DNA of 64,000 nt from positions 109,521 through 173,520 of the forward strand of contig JADYYY010000013.1 in NCBI GenBank assembly GCA_020853395.1, given 5' to 3'. The stretch comes from Acidobacteriota bacterium (GTDB taxonomy: Bacteria; Acidobacteriota; Vicinamibacteria; Vicinamibacterales; SCN-69-37). Shown here piece after piece: positions 1-8,257 of the stretch. The translations under genes and the position numbers were made by a program. The notes under the pieces were generated by a model that had not been told where the DNA came from, searched no databases, and was given only the letters and a program-made list of their open reading frames with translations. The first letter of the stretch is position 1. Each line of letters opens with the position of its first letter.

Positions 1-10
1 CCAGTCGCCT

Positions 11-55
11 GTCGTACCTATCGTACCCGTCGTACCCGTCGCCCCCGTCGAACCC
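11..55. repeat. Five tandem 9-bp units (RTCGNNCCY) ending 1 nt before the first ATG of the VWA ORF
   Basis: Read directly: gtcgtacct/atcgtaccc/gtcgtaccc/gtcgccccc/gtcgaaccc at 11-55. The array may continue left of the window edge. Confidence 0.8.
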
Positions 56-94
56 ATGCGACAATGGCGGAGCGCCTGCCAGCGCGAGGTCGTC

Positions 95-1246
95 ATGTCA
101 CGTGCGTGGGGTGCCGTGCTCTGCCTGGCCGTTTCCGGCGTCGTGCTCACGGCTGCACGGCAGCAATACACGTTTCAAGGCGCCGCCAACTCGGTGCCGG
201 TCTACACCACGGTCGTCGACGCGGGCGGGCGGCTCGTCACGGATCTCGTCGAGAGCGACTTCGAGGTCTTCGACAACGGCGCCCCGCAGGCGCTGACGCT
301 CTTCGCCAACGAGATCCAGCCCATCACGATCGTCGTCATGCTCGACCGCAGCCAGAGCATGGAACGGAACAACGACCTCGTGCGGGACGCGGCCGGGCAG
401 TTCATCGGCCACCTCGACGACACGGACCGCGCGAAAGTCGGCAGCTTCAGCAATCACATCCAGATCGATCCGCAGGAATTCACGAGCGACCGCGCCGTGC
501 TGGCCGGCATCCTGCGGGATCGGCTGGTCGGCCCGGGCATGACGCCGCTCTGGAACGCGACGGCGCGGGCGATGGACGCCCTGTCGGGCGAAACGCGGCG
601 CAAGGTCGTGCTCGTGTTCACCGACGGCTTCAACACGCCGCAATGGGGCGAAGGCAACGTGTCGTTCTCGACGGTCCAGCGGCGCGCGCAGGTCGAGGGC
701 GTGATGATCTACGCCGTCGGTCTTGCGGACGTCTGCGGCGACAGCCTGATGGGCATGCCGGGTGTTCCGCGCTTCGAGGAACAGCGGCCGGGAGGACGGC
801 TGCCACCCATGGGACCGGGCCGGCGGCCGGGCGGGCCGATCGGACGAGGCCCGCTTGGCCGGCCGCCCGTGCCGTTCCCTCCGCCGATCGGGCGGCCGCC
901 CGGCGACGGCTTTCCGGGCCTCCCGGGCGATCCGCGCGACGATGAGGTGCGCCGCCCCAGGTGCGTGGCGACGAAGCCCGACCCCGGGCTCCGCGAGATC
1001 GCGGACATGAGCGGCGGCGGCTACTTCGAGCTCTCGAGTACCGACAACCTGGCGGCCACGTTCACGCGCGTCGCCGACGAGCTGCACCGGCAGTACCTGC
1101 TCGCGTATCAACCGCCGGCGTTCGACGGGACGCTGCACACGATCGACGTGCGGGTCCGGAAACCCGGCGTGATCGCAAGGGCGCGGCGGTCGTATCTGGC
1201 GCCGCTCGCGGCCACGTCAGCACGCGAGGCCGTTCAGCCGCGATAG
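95..1246 (+). CDS. Secreted von Willebrand factor type A (VWA) domain protein, acidobacterial VWFA-related type, with a Pro/Gly-rich insert
   Basis: ORF 56-1246. MIDAS-like motif in ITIVVMLDRSQSM, and VVLVFTDG. The signal-peptide-like MSRAWGAVLCLAVSGVVLTAA starts at ATG 95, preceded by GAGG. ATG 56 is an alternative start. Confidence 0.8.
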   Translation: MSRAWGAVLCLAVSGVVLTAARQQYTFQGAANSVPVYTTVVDAGGRLVTDLVESDFEVFDNGAPQALTLFANEIQPITIVVMLDRSQSMERNNDLVRDAAGQFIGHLDDTDRAKVGSFSNHIQIDPQEFTSDRAVLAGILRDRLVGPGMTPLWNATARAMDALSGETRRKVVLVFTDGFNTPQWGEGNVSFSTVQRRAQVEGVMIYAVGLADVCGDSLMGMPGVPRFEEQRPGGRLPPMGPGRRPGGPIGRGPLGRPPVPFPPPIGRPPGDGFPGLPGDPRDDEVRRPRCVATKPDPGLREIADMSGGGYFELSSTDNLAATFTRVADELHRQYLLAYQPPAFDGTLHTIDVRVRKPGVIARARRSYLAPLAATSAREAVQPR

Positions 1247-1737
1247 TTGCCGAACTGCAGCTCGACGCCGAAGTCCTGCGCGCGCAACAGCCGCATGGCC
1301 TGCTGCAGCTCGTCCTTCGACGGCGAGGAGACGCGGAGCTGATCGCCCTGAATGGCGACCTGCACCTTCTTCAGCTTCTGATCCTTCAGGAACTTGACGA
1401 TGTCGCGCGCGGCGTCGCTGGGGATACCCTGCTGCAGCGACACGGATCGCTTGACGAGGCCGCCGCCGATGGGGGCGATGTCAGACGGCTCGAGGTTCTT
1501 CACCGGCACGCCGCGCTTGATCATGCGCGAGAGCACGACCTCCCACAGGGCCTCCATCCGGAAGTTGTCGTCCGACACGAGCTCGAGGGCGTTCTCGGCC
1601 CGCTTGAAGTCGATCGACGACTTCGAGTCCTTGAAATCGTAGCGCTGGGCCACTTCCTTGCGGGCCTGGTTGACCGCATTGTCGACCTCCTGGAGATCGA
1701 CCGCGGACGTGATGTCGAACGACGCGAGTGCGGCCAT
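1234..1737 (-). CDS. yajQ: YajQ family (UPF0234) nucleotide / cyclic-di-GMP-binding protein
   Basis: 167 aa. N-terminus SFDITSAVDLQEVDNAVNQARKEVAQRYDFK is typical of YajQ, and the length matches. Confidence 0.9.
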   Translation of the reverse strand: MAALASFDITSAVDLQEVDNAVNQARKEVAQRYDFKDSKSSIDFKRAENALELVSDDNFRMEALWEVVLSRMIKRGVPVKNLEPSDIAPIGGGLVKRSVSLQQGIPSDAARDIVKFLKDQKLKKVQVAIQGDQLRVSSPSKDELQQAMRLLRAQDFGVELQFGNYRG

Positions 1738-1743
1738 GCCCGT

Positions 1744-2910
1744 CTACCTTACGCCGAGCAGCACCTCCATCGTCAACTGATCGAGCCGCTCGTACTGCAG
1801 TGGTCGCGACGCCATGACGCGGCGGTCGAAGGCCAGGGCGAGCAGCGCGTCACGGTGCGGCCGAGAGTAGAGCAGCGCCGACGGTGCCTCCTGGCTGGCC
1901 GTCTCGGCGCCGGCCACGAGCGCCTGGATCTCGGGATCGGCGTTCCAGCGGCGCGCCTTCTCCTCGAGGATGAGATACGTGCGCATGCAGCCGCGCGCGA
2001 AGTCCTTCACGCCCTCGTGATCCTCGGTCCGATAGGCGTGCGCGTCGAAGTGGCGGGGCCCGTCGTAGCCCACGTCATGGAGGAACTTGACGAGGAAGAA
2101 CGTGCTCTTGGGGTTGGCGGCGCCGAACCGGTAGTCCTGATCGTAGCGGCCGCTGACCTGATCGTTGAGATCGATGTGGAACAGCTTGCCCGCCTCCCAT
2201 GCCTGCGCGACGGCATGGACGAAGTTCAGGCCGGCCATCGTCTCGTGGGCGACTTCAGGGTTCACGCCGACCATCTCGGGATGGGCGAGCGTCGCGATGA
2301 AGCCCAGGTAGTTGCCGGTCGTGGCCATGTAGACGTCGCCACGAGGCTCGTTCGGTTTCGCCTCCATCGCGAAGCGGTAGCCGTACCGCTGATCGCGGCT
2401 GTACTCGCACAGGTAGTTCACGGCGTCGCGCAGCCGTTTGACGGCCTCGTCCGGCCGCCGGCACGCGTCGGTTTCGACGCCTTCGCGTCCGCCCCACAGC
2501 ACGAAGATCGTCGCGCCGAGCTCGGCGCCGAGATCCATGGCGCGCATCGTCTTCTGCACCGCGTAGGCGCGGACGGCCGGATCGTTGGCCGTGAACGCGC
2601 CGTCTCGGAAGACCGGATCGGTGAAGAGGTTGGCCGTGGCCATCGGCACGACGAGCCCGTACCGTTCGCACGCCCGGCGGAAGTCGCGAACGATCCGATC
2701 GCGATCCGCGGGCGTGGCGTCGATCGGCACGAGGTCGTTGTCGTGGAAGTTCACGCCCCAGGCGCCGACCTCGCCGAGCAGCGCGGCCGCACTCACCGGA
2801 TCGAGTGGCGGACGAACGGCGTCGCCGAACGGATCGCGGCCGACGTTGCCGATCGTCCAGAGACCGAAGGTGAACCTGTGTTCGGGGCGGGGCGTGTAGG
2901 GGTCGGTCAT
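1744..2910 (-). CDS. xylA: Xylose isomerase, short class I (actinobacterial/Thermus-type, 388 aa)
   Basis: The ORF was trimmed to ATG at 2910 ([29 protein letters not shown]). FHDNDL and WGGREG motifs are present. The upstream 101 codons are Arg/Pro-rich shadow sequence. Confidence 0.93.
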   Translation of the reverse strand: MTDPYTPRPEHRFTFGLWTIGNVGRDPFGDAVRPPLDPVSAAALLGEVGAWGVNFHDNDLVPIDATPADRDRIVRDFRRACERYGLVVPMATANLFTDPVFRDGAFTANDPAVRAYAVQKTMRAMDLGAELGATIFVLWGGREGVETDACRRPDEAVKRLRDAVNYLCEYSRDQRYGYRFAMEAKPNEPRGDVYMATTGNYLGFIATLAHPEMVGVNPEVAHETMAGLNFVHAVAQAWEAGKLFHIDLNDQVSGRYDQDYRFGAANPKSTFFLVKFLHDVGYDGPRHFDAHAYRTEDHEGVKDFARGCMRTYLILEEKARRWNADPEIQALVAGAETASQEAPSALLYSRPHRDALLALAFDRRVMASRPLQYERLDQLTMEVLLGVR

Positions 2911-2929
2911 CGCCAGTCCTTTCGCGTTG

Positions 2930-4426
2930 TCACTCGAGCCGCGTGATGCTGCGCAGCGCAGGATAGATCCGCCGGTACCGTTCGTACTGGCCCCGCATCG
3001 TGGCGACGGCATCGCCCAGCGGCGGCGTGGTGACCGACGTGTGGACGACGCGATCGCAGGCCTCGTCCACGGACGGCCAGGCGCCGGCGCCGACGCCGGC
3101 CAGCAGCGCCGCGCCGTAGGCCGCGCCTTCCTCGGCCGCGACGGTGACGACCGGACGGCCGTACACGGTCGCCTGGATGTCGCGCCAGAGCGCCGAGCGG
3201 GCGCCGCCACCACCGACGCGCACGGTCGTCACCGGCAGCCCAAGTTCCTCGAACACCGCGAAGCTGTCCTTCAGGCTGAACGCGACACCTTCGAGCACGG
3301 CGCGCGCGACATGACCGCGCGAGTGCGTGGCCGCCAACCCGACGAGGGCGGCGCGCACGTCGGGGTCACAGTGCGGCGTACGCTCGCCCATCAAGTACGG
3401 TGCCCAGAGAACGCCGTCGGATCCCGGCGGTACGCCGGCGGCTTCGGCGGTGATCCGATCGTACGCGGCCTCGCCGCTCGACGCATCGCCGAACCACTGA
3501 TCACGCAGCCATCTCAGCGACAGCCCGGCGGCTTGGGTGACGCCCATCACGTGCCATCGATCAGGCACGGCGTGACAGAACGTATGAATGCGGCCGCGGC
3601 GGTCGAGCGCGGGCCGCTCCGTCGCCGCGAACACGACGCCCGACGTCCCGATCGTCACGCTCACGGCGCCCGGCCGCGTGATGCCCATCCCGACGGCGCC
3701 CGCCGCCTGATCGCCGGCGCCGGCGACGATCGGCGTCCCGGCCGCGAGGCCTGACACGCGCGCAGCGTCGGCCGAGACGGCGGCCGTGACGGCAGGCGAT
3801 TCAAAGACGTCCGGCAGGAGCGCCCGGGAGAGCTCGACGGCGTCGAGCATCTCGGCGGACCACTGGCGGCCTGCCACGTCGAGCAGCAGGGTGCCGGAGG
3901 CGTCCGCGACATCGGTCGCGAACGCGCCGCTCAGCCGGTAGCGGACGTAGTCCTTCGGCAGGAGGACGTGCGCCACGCGCGCCCAGCGATCGGGCTCGTT
4001 GCGACGCACCCAGAGGAGCTTCGTCAGCGTGAAATTCGTGAGCGCGGGGTTGCTCGTCAGCTCGAGGAGCCGCGCCGGCCCGATCTCGTCGTGGAGCCAG
4101 CGGCATTCGCCGGCCGTTCGCTGATCGCACCAGATGATGGCCGGGCGGATGACCTCACCGCGACCGTCGAGGAGCACGGCGCCGTGCATCTGTCCTGACA
4201 GGCCGATGCCGGCGATGTCCGATGCGCGCACGTTCGCCGCCGCCAGCACGTCCCTGAGAGCGCCGGCAGCCGCGTGCCACCAGTCTTCCGGATCCTGTTC
4301 GGCCCACGCGGGACCAGGCGACGTGAAGGGCGCGTGCGGCCTCGTGGCCGACGCGAGGATCGCGCCCTGCTGATCGACGAGCACGGCCCTCGAGCCGCCC
4401 GTGCCGACGTCCAGACCGAGGATCAT
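2930..4426 (-). CDS. xylB: Xylulokinase (FGGY carbohydrate kinase)
   Basis: [18 protein letters not shown]... is an FGGY N-terminus. The gene is adjacent to xylA. The start was moved to ATG 4426 because the longer ORF reads through the heptamer repeat (PFALCPL x3). Confidence 0.9.
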   Translation of the reverse strand: MILGLDVGTGGSRAVLVDQQGAILASATRPHAPFTSPGPAWAEQDPEDWWHAAAGALRDVLAAANVRASDIAGIGLSGQMHGAVLLDGRGEVIRPAIIWCDQRTAGECRWLHDEIGPARLLELTSNPALTNFTLTKLLWVRRNEPDRWARVAHVLLPKDYVRYRLSGAFATDVADASGTLLLDVAGRQWSAEMLDAVELSRALLPDVFESPAVTAAVSADAARVSGLAAGTPIVAGAGDQAAGAVGMGITRPGAVSVTIGTSGVVFAATERPALDRRGRIHTFCHAVPDRWHVMGVTQAAGLSLRWLRDQWFGDASSGEAAYDRITAEAAGVPPGSDGVLWAPYLMGERTPHCDPDVRAALVGLAATHSRGHVARAVLEGVAFSLKDSFAVFEELGLPVTTVRVGGGGARSALWRDIQATVYGRPVVTVAAEEGAAYGAALLAGVGAGAWPSVDEACDRVVHTSVTTPPLGDAVATMRGQYERYRRIYPALRSITRLE

Positions 4427-4440
4427 GGCGACAATGTACA

Positions 4441-4532
4441 AAGGGCAAAGGGCAAAGGGCAAAGGGCAAAGGGCAAAGGGCAAAGGGCAAAGGGCAAAGG
4501 GCACAGGTCTGGAAGGAACTGACGCTGGCCAA
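4441..4532. repeat. Left arm of an inverted repeat: 9 x AAGGGCA heptamer (4441-4503) plus a 29-nt unique segment (4504-4532)
   Basis: Counted directly. The unique part caggtctggaaggaactgacgctggccaa is the reverse complement of 4968-4996 with 1 mismatch. Confidence 0.9.
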
Positions 4533-4967
4533 CTGTTCGCTCAGTTCGAGCAGCCTGCCGCGATGCAGACGCCTCGCCTCGAGTGTCCATGACAGACCAG
4601 CCATTCCGGTACGTCGCAGCTCCCGCTCGCAACAGAGGCGCTGCAGTGGGACGTCCTGCCGTCGTGCGCGGTAACAGAACATCGGTCGGGGAATCTCCAT
4701 CCGACTCGTGCACGGCGACGCAGACGTTGCACGCGACGCGTGCGTTTCGAGACTCCCGAGGCGGGGATGGGCGCTGGACGGGCCGCGTCGCGTCGCGCGC
4801 AGGCGACGCCCGCGATGACGCGCTTCGTGCGAGGACCACACCGGGCTGTCCCGCGACAGGACCCGACTTCGCGGAGCCTTGGCGCGCACTCGACGTGCCC
4901 GCGACGCGCCAGCCAGTCGCGCACGCCGCACTGCCGCGAGATGAAGAAAACGAGATGAAGAAAACGA

Positions 4968-5024
4968 TTGGCCAGCGTCAGTTCCTTCCTGACCTGTGCC
5001 CTTTGCCCTCTGCCCTTTGCCCTT
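4968..5024. repeat. Right arm of the inverted repeat: 29-nt unique segment (4968-4996) plus 4 x TGCCCT(T/C) (4997-5024)
   Basis: Counted directly. The last heptamer overlaps the TAA stop of the ABC-2 permease gene. A 2 x 14-bp tandem duplication gagatgaagaaaac at 4938-4965 abuts the arm. Confidence 0.9.
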
Positions 5025-6678
5025 ATTTGATGTGTCCCGTGAGGCGGCCGAGGAGCTTCACGGCGTAGATTGCCGTGCGATTGCGGATCTCCTCGTCGTC
5101 GGGCGGCATCGCCTTGAGCTGCAGCGGCGCGACGTCCTCCGCCGTCAGCGTCGTCCCACCCTCGGGATGGAGCGCGATCCAGTAGAGCACCTTGATCAAC
5201 TCGTCGCGTGGTGACGCGTCCAACAGTTGGCGAAACACGATCCGCGGCAGGTACGCCTCGAGCGCCGTCTGTGCGACGTCGTGCACGCCGAGCACGCCAA
5301 GCAGATTGCGAGCGCGTTGGACCGGATCGGGGACGAGACCGGGCGACCACGACAGCAGCGCGTCGTCGACGAGCGCGACCTGGTCCGCAACATCGGGATC
5401 GGGCTGCATGTCGCTCGTCGCGATGGGCGTGACGACGCTGCGATCGGAGGGCAGCCGATCGAAGGTGAGATCGCGATCGATGTCGGCGAGGGTGACCGCC
5501 TGCCAGGACGCCGGCACCGGTGGCGTTGGCGGCGCGGCAGCCGGCGTCGCGGGCAGCGGTTCAGCGGGAGTCGCGGGCGGAACACCAGCCCGCGCCGCGC
5601 CGCTTCGCGTCGCGGTTGCGGCCGGCGGGCTCGCGACGGCGGGTCGAGGAGGCGCCGTGGGAGCGTGCGTCGCGGACGGCTCGCGCCGCGCCGTGGTGGT
5701 CTGCGGCGCCGTGGCCTTGGGTGTCTCGGCCGGCGCGGCTGTCGTTGTCGTCGATGCGGTGGGCGTTTCTGGTTCGGCCGCCGGCTCGTTGCTCGCCGGC
5801 ACCGAAGGAGAAGCCGGCGGGGCCGACGGGACCGTGGCAACCGCCGAGGCCACGCTCCGCGCTCGGCCGCGCGCCTCGGCGGCCAGGCCGACGCCGATCC
5901 AGGCGACGAGCGCGACGGCGAGCCAGCCCTTGCCCTGCAACGCTGCGAACCGCTGATCTCGATCCCAGCGGAAGAGCTTGCCGCCGGCGAGACACCCCGC
6001 GACTCCGATTGCGAGGAGCGCCGCGAGGTTGAACAGGCTTCCGGTAAGGCCGCTGCCGCTCACCGCCGCCTGGATCACCTCGACGGCGTAACGGCCCGGC
6101 AGGAACGCCGACACGTGTTCCGCCCAAGGAGGCAGGCTCGTGAGCGGCACCGCCACGCCGCCGATGATCAGCATCGGCAGGAACAGGCTCTGACCGAGCG
6201 CCTGCACGGCCGGGACGTTGTCGGCCATCGTCGCGATCACCAGCCCGAGCCCGAGAAACGCGAACGACACGAAGGTGAACGCCAGCCACAGATCGAGCGG
6301 GTGGCGCGGCCACGGCATGCCGAGGCCCATGGCGAGCACGAGCTGCAGCGCACCGGCCGTCAAGAGCAGGACGTAGCGGGCCAGCACTGTGCTCGCGACG
6401 ACGGCGGCCGTCGGCACCGGCGTGAGACGATAGCGGCGCCACACGCCGCGCTCGCGCTCGCCGACGATCGTCGTCGGAAGGCCGAAGCACGCGCCGCCCA
6501 GCACCGTGATGGTCAGCAGTTCGCCCATGTGCCGGACGAGCGGCACCTGGTCGTACCGATAGAGCGTCCAGAACGCGATCAGGAAGATCGTCGGGAAGAG
6601 ATAGCCGTAGACCATGGCCATCGTGTTCCGGAAGTAGAGCCGAAGGTGCAGGGCGAACTGGCGAGCCAGGGCGCTCAT
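5023..6678 (-). CDS. ABC-2 type transporter permease fused to a Pro/Ala/Thr-rich linker and a ~170-aa C-terminal domain of unknown function
   Basis: 551 aa. The N-terminal ~260 aa has 6 hydrophobic segments typical of ABC-2 permeases. A ~110-aa PAT-rich low-complexity region follows, then a globular tail (ASWQAVTLADIDRDL...LLGRLTGHIK). There is a 4-nt overlap with the upstream ATPase gene. Confidence 0.8.
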   Translation of the reverse strand: MSALARQFALHLRLYFRNTMAMVYGYLFPTIFLIAFWTLYRYDQVPLVRHMGELLTITVLGGACFGLPTTIVGERERGVWRRYRLTPVPTAAVVASTVLARYVLLLTAGALQLVLAMGLGMPWPRHPLDLWLAFTFVSFAFLGLGLVIATMADNVPAVQALGQSLFLPMLIIGGVAVPLTSLPPWAEHVSAFLPGRYAVEVIQAAVSGSGLTGSLFNLAALLAIGVAGCLAGGKLFRWDRDQRFAALQGKGWLAVALVAWIGVGLAAEARGRARSVASAVATVPSAPPASPSVPASNEPAAEPETPTASTTTTAAPAETPKATAPQTTTARREPSATHAPTAPPRPAVASPPAATATRSGAARAGVPPATPAEPLPATPAAAPPTPPVPASWQAVTLADIDRDLTFDRLPSDRSVVTPIATSDMQPDPDVADQVALVDDALLSWSPGLVPDPVQRARNLLGVLGVHDVAQTALEAYLPRIVFRQLLDASPRDELIKVLYWIALHPEGGTTLTAEDVAPLQLKAMPPDDEEIRNRTAIYAVKLLGRLTGHIK

Positions 6679-7616
6679 CGCTCGGCCGTCTCCGCCTGCG
6701 TGGCCGCGTGCGCCGAGGCGGTCACCTGCAGCAGGACGTCCTCGAGCGTGGCCTTCTCGGCGTGGAGCTCGACGATCTCGATTCCGGCGGCCGACAGGCG
6801 CGGCACGAGGTCGGCGAGCGCGCGCGTGACGTTCGCGGCCGCGAACGTCAGTCGGCCGTCACGCTGGTTCACGTCGTGCGCGCCGCCAATCGAGGTCAGC
6901 ACGCCCCCTGGCACCGGCGACGTCGTCACGACCGTGACCGCCGTGGTGCCGGTGGAGCGGGCGATGAGATCGCCGGGCGTGCCGGTCGCGACGACGCGGC
7001 CGTGGTCGATGATGGCGATGCGATCGCAGAGGGCCTCGGCCTCCTCGATGTCGTGGGTCGTGAGCAGCACCGTGTGGCCGTCCGCTCTCATGCGGAGGAT
7101 CTCGCCGCGCAGCTCCCGTCGAACCTCGACGTCCAGCCCGGCGGTCGGCTCGTCGAGGAACACGAGATCCGGGGCGTTGACGAAGGCGAGCGCGAGGGCC
7201 AGGCGCTGCCGCTGGCCGCCGGACAGGGTCGAGAAATAGGCGTCGGCTTTCGCGGTGAGGCCGAACCGTTCGAGCAATGCCGCCGGGTCGAGCCGGCGGC
7301 GGTAGAACGCACCGAACACGGCGAGCGCCTCGCGCGGCGTGATCTGATCCTGCAGCGCGACGGACTGGAGCGCCGCGCCGATCCGCTGCTTGATCTCCTG
7401 CGGCTGCCGGCGGGCGTCGATGCCGCACACCTCGATGAGGCCGCTGTCGGGCTGCCGCAGCCCGATGACGCACTCGATCGTCGTGGTCTTGCCCGCGCCG
7501 TTCGGGCCGAGGAGGCCGAAGATCTCGCCGTCGACGATCTCGAAGCTCACGCCGTCGGCCGCCCGCGTGGTGCCGTAGGCCTTCCGGAGATCGCGGACGA
7601 GCACGGTGGTCGCCAT
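6675..7616 (-). CDS. ABC transporter ATP-binding protein
   Basis: Walker A GPNGAGKTT, signature LSGGQRQR, Walker B LVFLDEPT. ATG 7616 is preceded by GGGAGG. The longer ORF to 7664 is unlikely. Confidence 0.9.
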   Translation of the reverse strand: MATTVLVRDLRKAYGTTRAADGVSFEIVDGEIFGLLGPNGAGKTTTIECVIGLRQPDSGLIEVCGIDARRQPQEIKQRIGAALQSVALQDQITPREALAVFGAFYRRRLDPAALLERFGLTAKADAYFSTLSGGQRQRLALALAFVNAPDLVFLDEPTAGLDVEVRRELRGEILRMRADGHTVLLTTHDIEEAEALCDRIAIIDHGRVVATGTPGDLIARSTGTTAVTVVTTSPVPGGVLTSIGGAHDVNQRDGRLTFAAANVTRALADLVPRLSAAGIEIVELHAEKATLEDVLLQVTASAHAATQAETAER

Positions 7617-7716
7617 GGGTCGTGAGGCCTCCCTAAGATAGTCCGCCATCGTCGACGCCGCCAACCGCGGCGCGGGGCCGACCGGACGCGCTCACGCGGC
7701 CCCACTGGTCGTCCTC

Positions 7717-7746
7717 TTGACAATCTAGATGAGAGGGCCGTATCGT
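7717..7746 (+). promoter_or_regulatory. Sigma-70-like promoter candidate for padR (TTGACA-N18-TATCGT)
   Basis: TTGACA at 7717-7722 and TATCGT at 7741-7746. An 8-bp palindrome ATCTAGAT (7723-7730) lies in the spacer. Confidence 0.45.
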
Positions 7747-7774
7747 GGATTCTCCACTAGCCAATCTAGATGAG
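7721..7774. promoter_or_regulatory. Two copies of CAATCTAGATGAG, each containing the palindrome ATCTAGAT; candidate PadR operator
   Basis: Identical 13-mers at 7721-7733 and 7762-7774. The first overlaps the -35/-10 spacer. The operator role is inference. Confidence 0.4.
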
Positions 7775-7885
7775 CGTGATGAGTTGGATGAGCTCGATGA
7801 GTCAGATGAGTCAGATGAGCTCGATGAGCTCGATGAGCTCGATGAGTCAGTTGAGTCAGTTGAGTCAGTTGAGTCAGTTGAGTCA
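7769..7885. repeat. 13 tandem 9-bp units (GATGAGCTC / GATGAGTCA / GTTGAGTCA) between the divergent ABC operon and padR
   Basis: Counted directly. The array is open in several frames (DELDELDES..., SSSSSS...) but lies upstream of the SD-supported padR start. Confidence 0.95.
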
Positions 7886-7906
7886 GTCGAGAAGGAGCGC
7901 CTCGCC

Positions 7907-8257
7907 ATGAGCCCGACCGAGAAGCCGAGCGCCCTGCTGCAGGGCACGCTCGACATGCTGATCCTGAAGACGCTCGCCCTCGAGCCGATGCACGGCTACG
8001 GCATCGGCGTCCGCATCACCCAGATCAGCCAACAGGCGTTCCAGGTGAATCCCGGGTCGCTGTTCCCGGCGTTCCGGCGGCTGGAGCGCGACGGGTTGAT
8101 CAAGGGCGAGTGGCGGGCGACCGAGAACAACCGCCGCGCCAAGTGGTACGCGCTCACGCCGCGCGGCCGTGCGCGGCTGAAGGCGCAGACGCGCGACTGG
8201 CAGACGCAGGCCGCCGCCATCGCGATGATCCTCGGCGCCACGCCGGGAGACCTGTGA
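7907..8257 (+). CDS. PadR family transcriptional regulator (acidobacterial PadR subtype usually paired with ADOP permeases)
   Basis: LQGTLDMLILKTLALEPMHGYGIGVRI...WYALTPRGR is a winged-helix PadR signature. ATG 7907 is preceded by GAAGGAG. The stop overlaps the next start (ATGA). Confidence 0.9.
   Translation: MSPTEKPSALLQGTLDMLILKTLALEPMHGYGIGVRITQISQQAFQVNPGSLFPAFRRLERDGLIKGEWRATENNRRAKWYALTPRGRARLKAQTRDWQTQAAAIAMILGATPGDL

Noticed and set aside
4427-4504. N-terminal extension of xylB (MPFALCPLPFALCPLPFALCPLYIVA).
   Set aside because: It is simply the translation of the AAGGGCA heptamer array. The FGGY N-terminus [12 protein letters not shown] starts at ATG 4426.
7745-7906. Acidic repeat N-terminal extension of PadR (DELDELDESDESDELDEL...SVESVESVE), and the poly-Ser ORF 7633-7956 on the other strand.
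   Set aside because: Both are translations of the 9-bp tandem array. The PadR domain starts at ATG 7907 with a GAAGGAG SD. The candidate promoter would place the TSS downstream of 7745.
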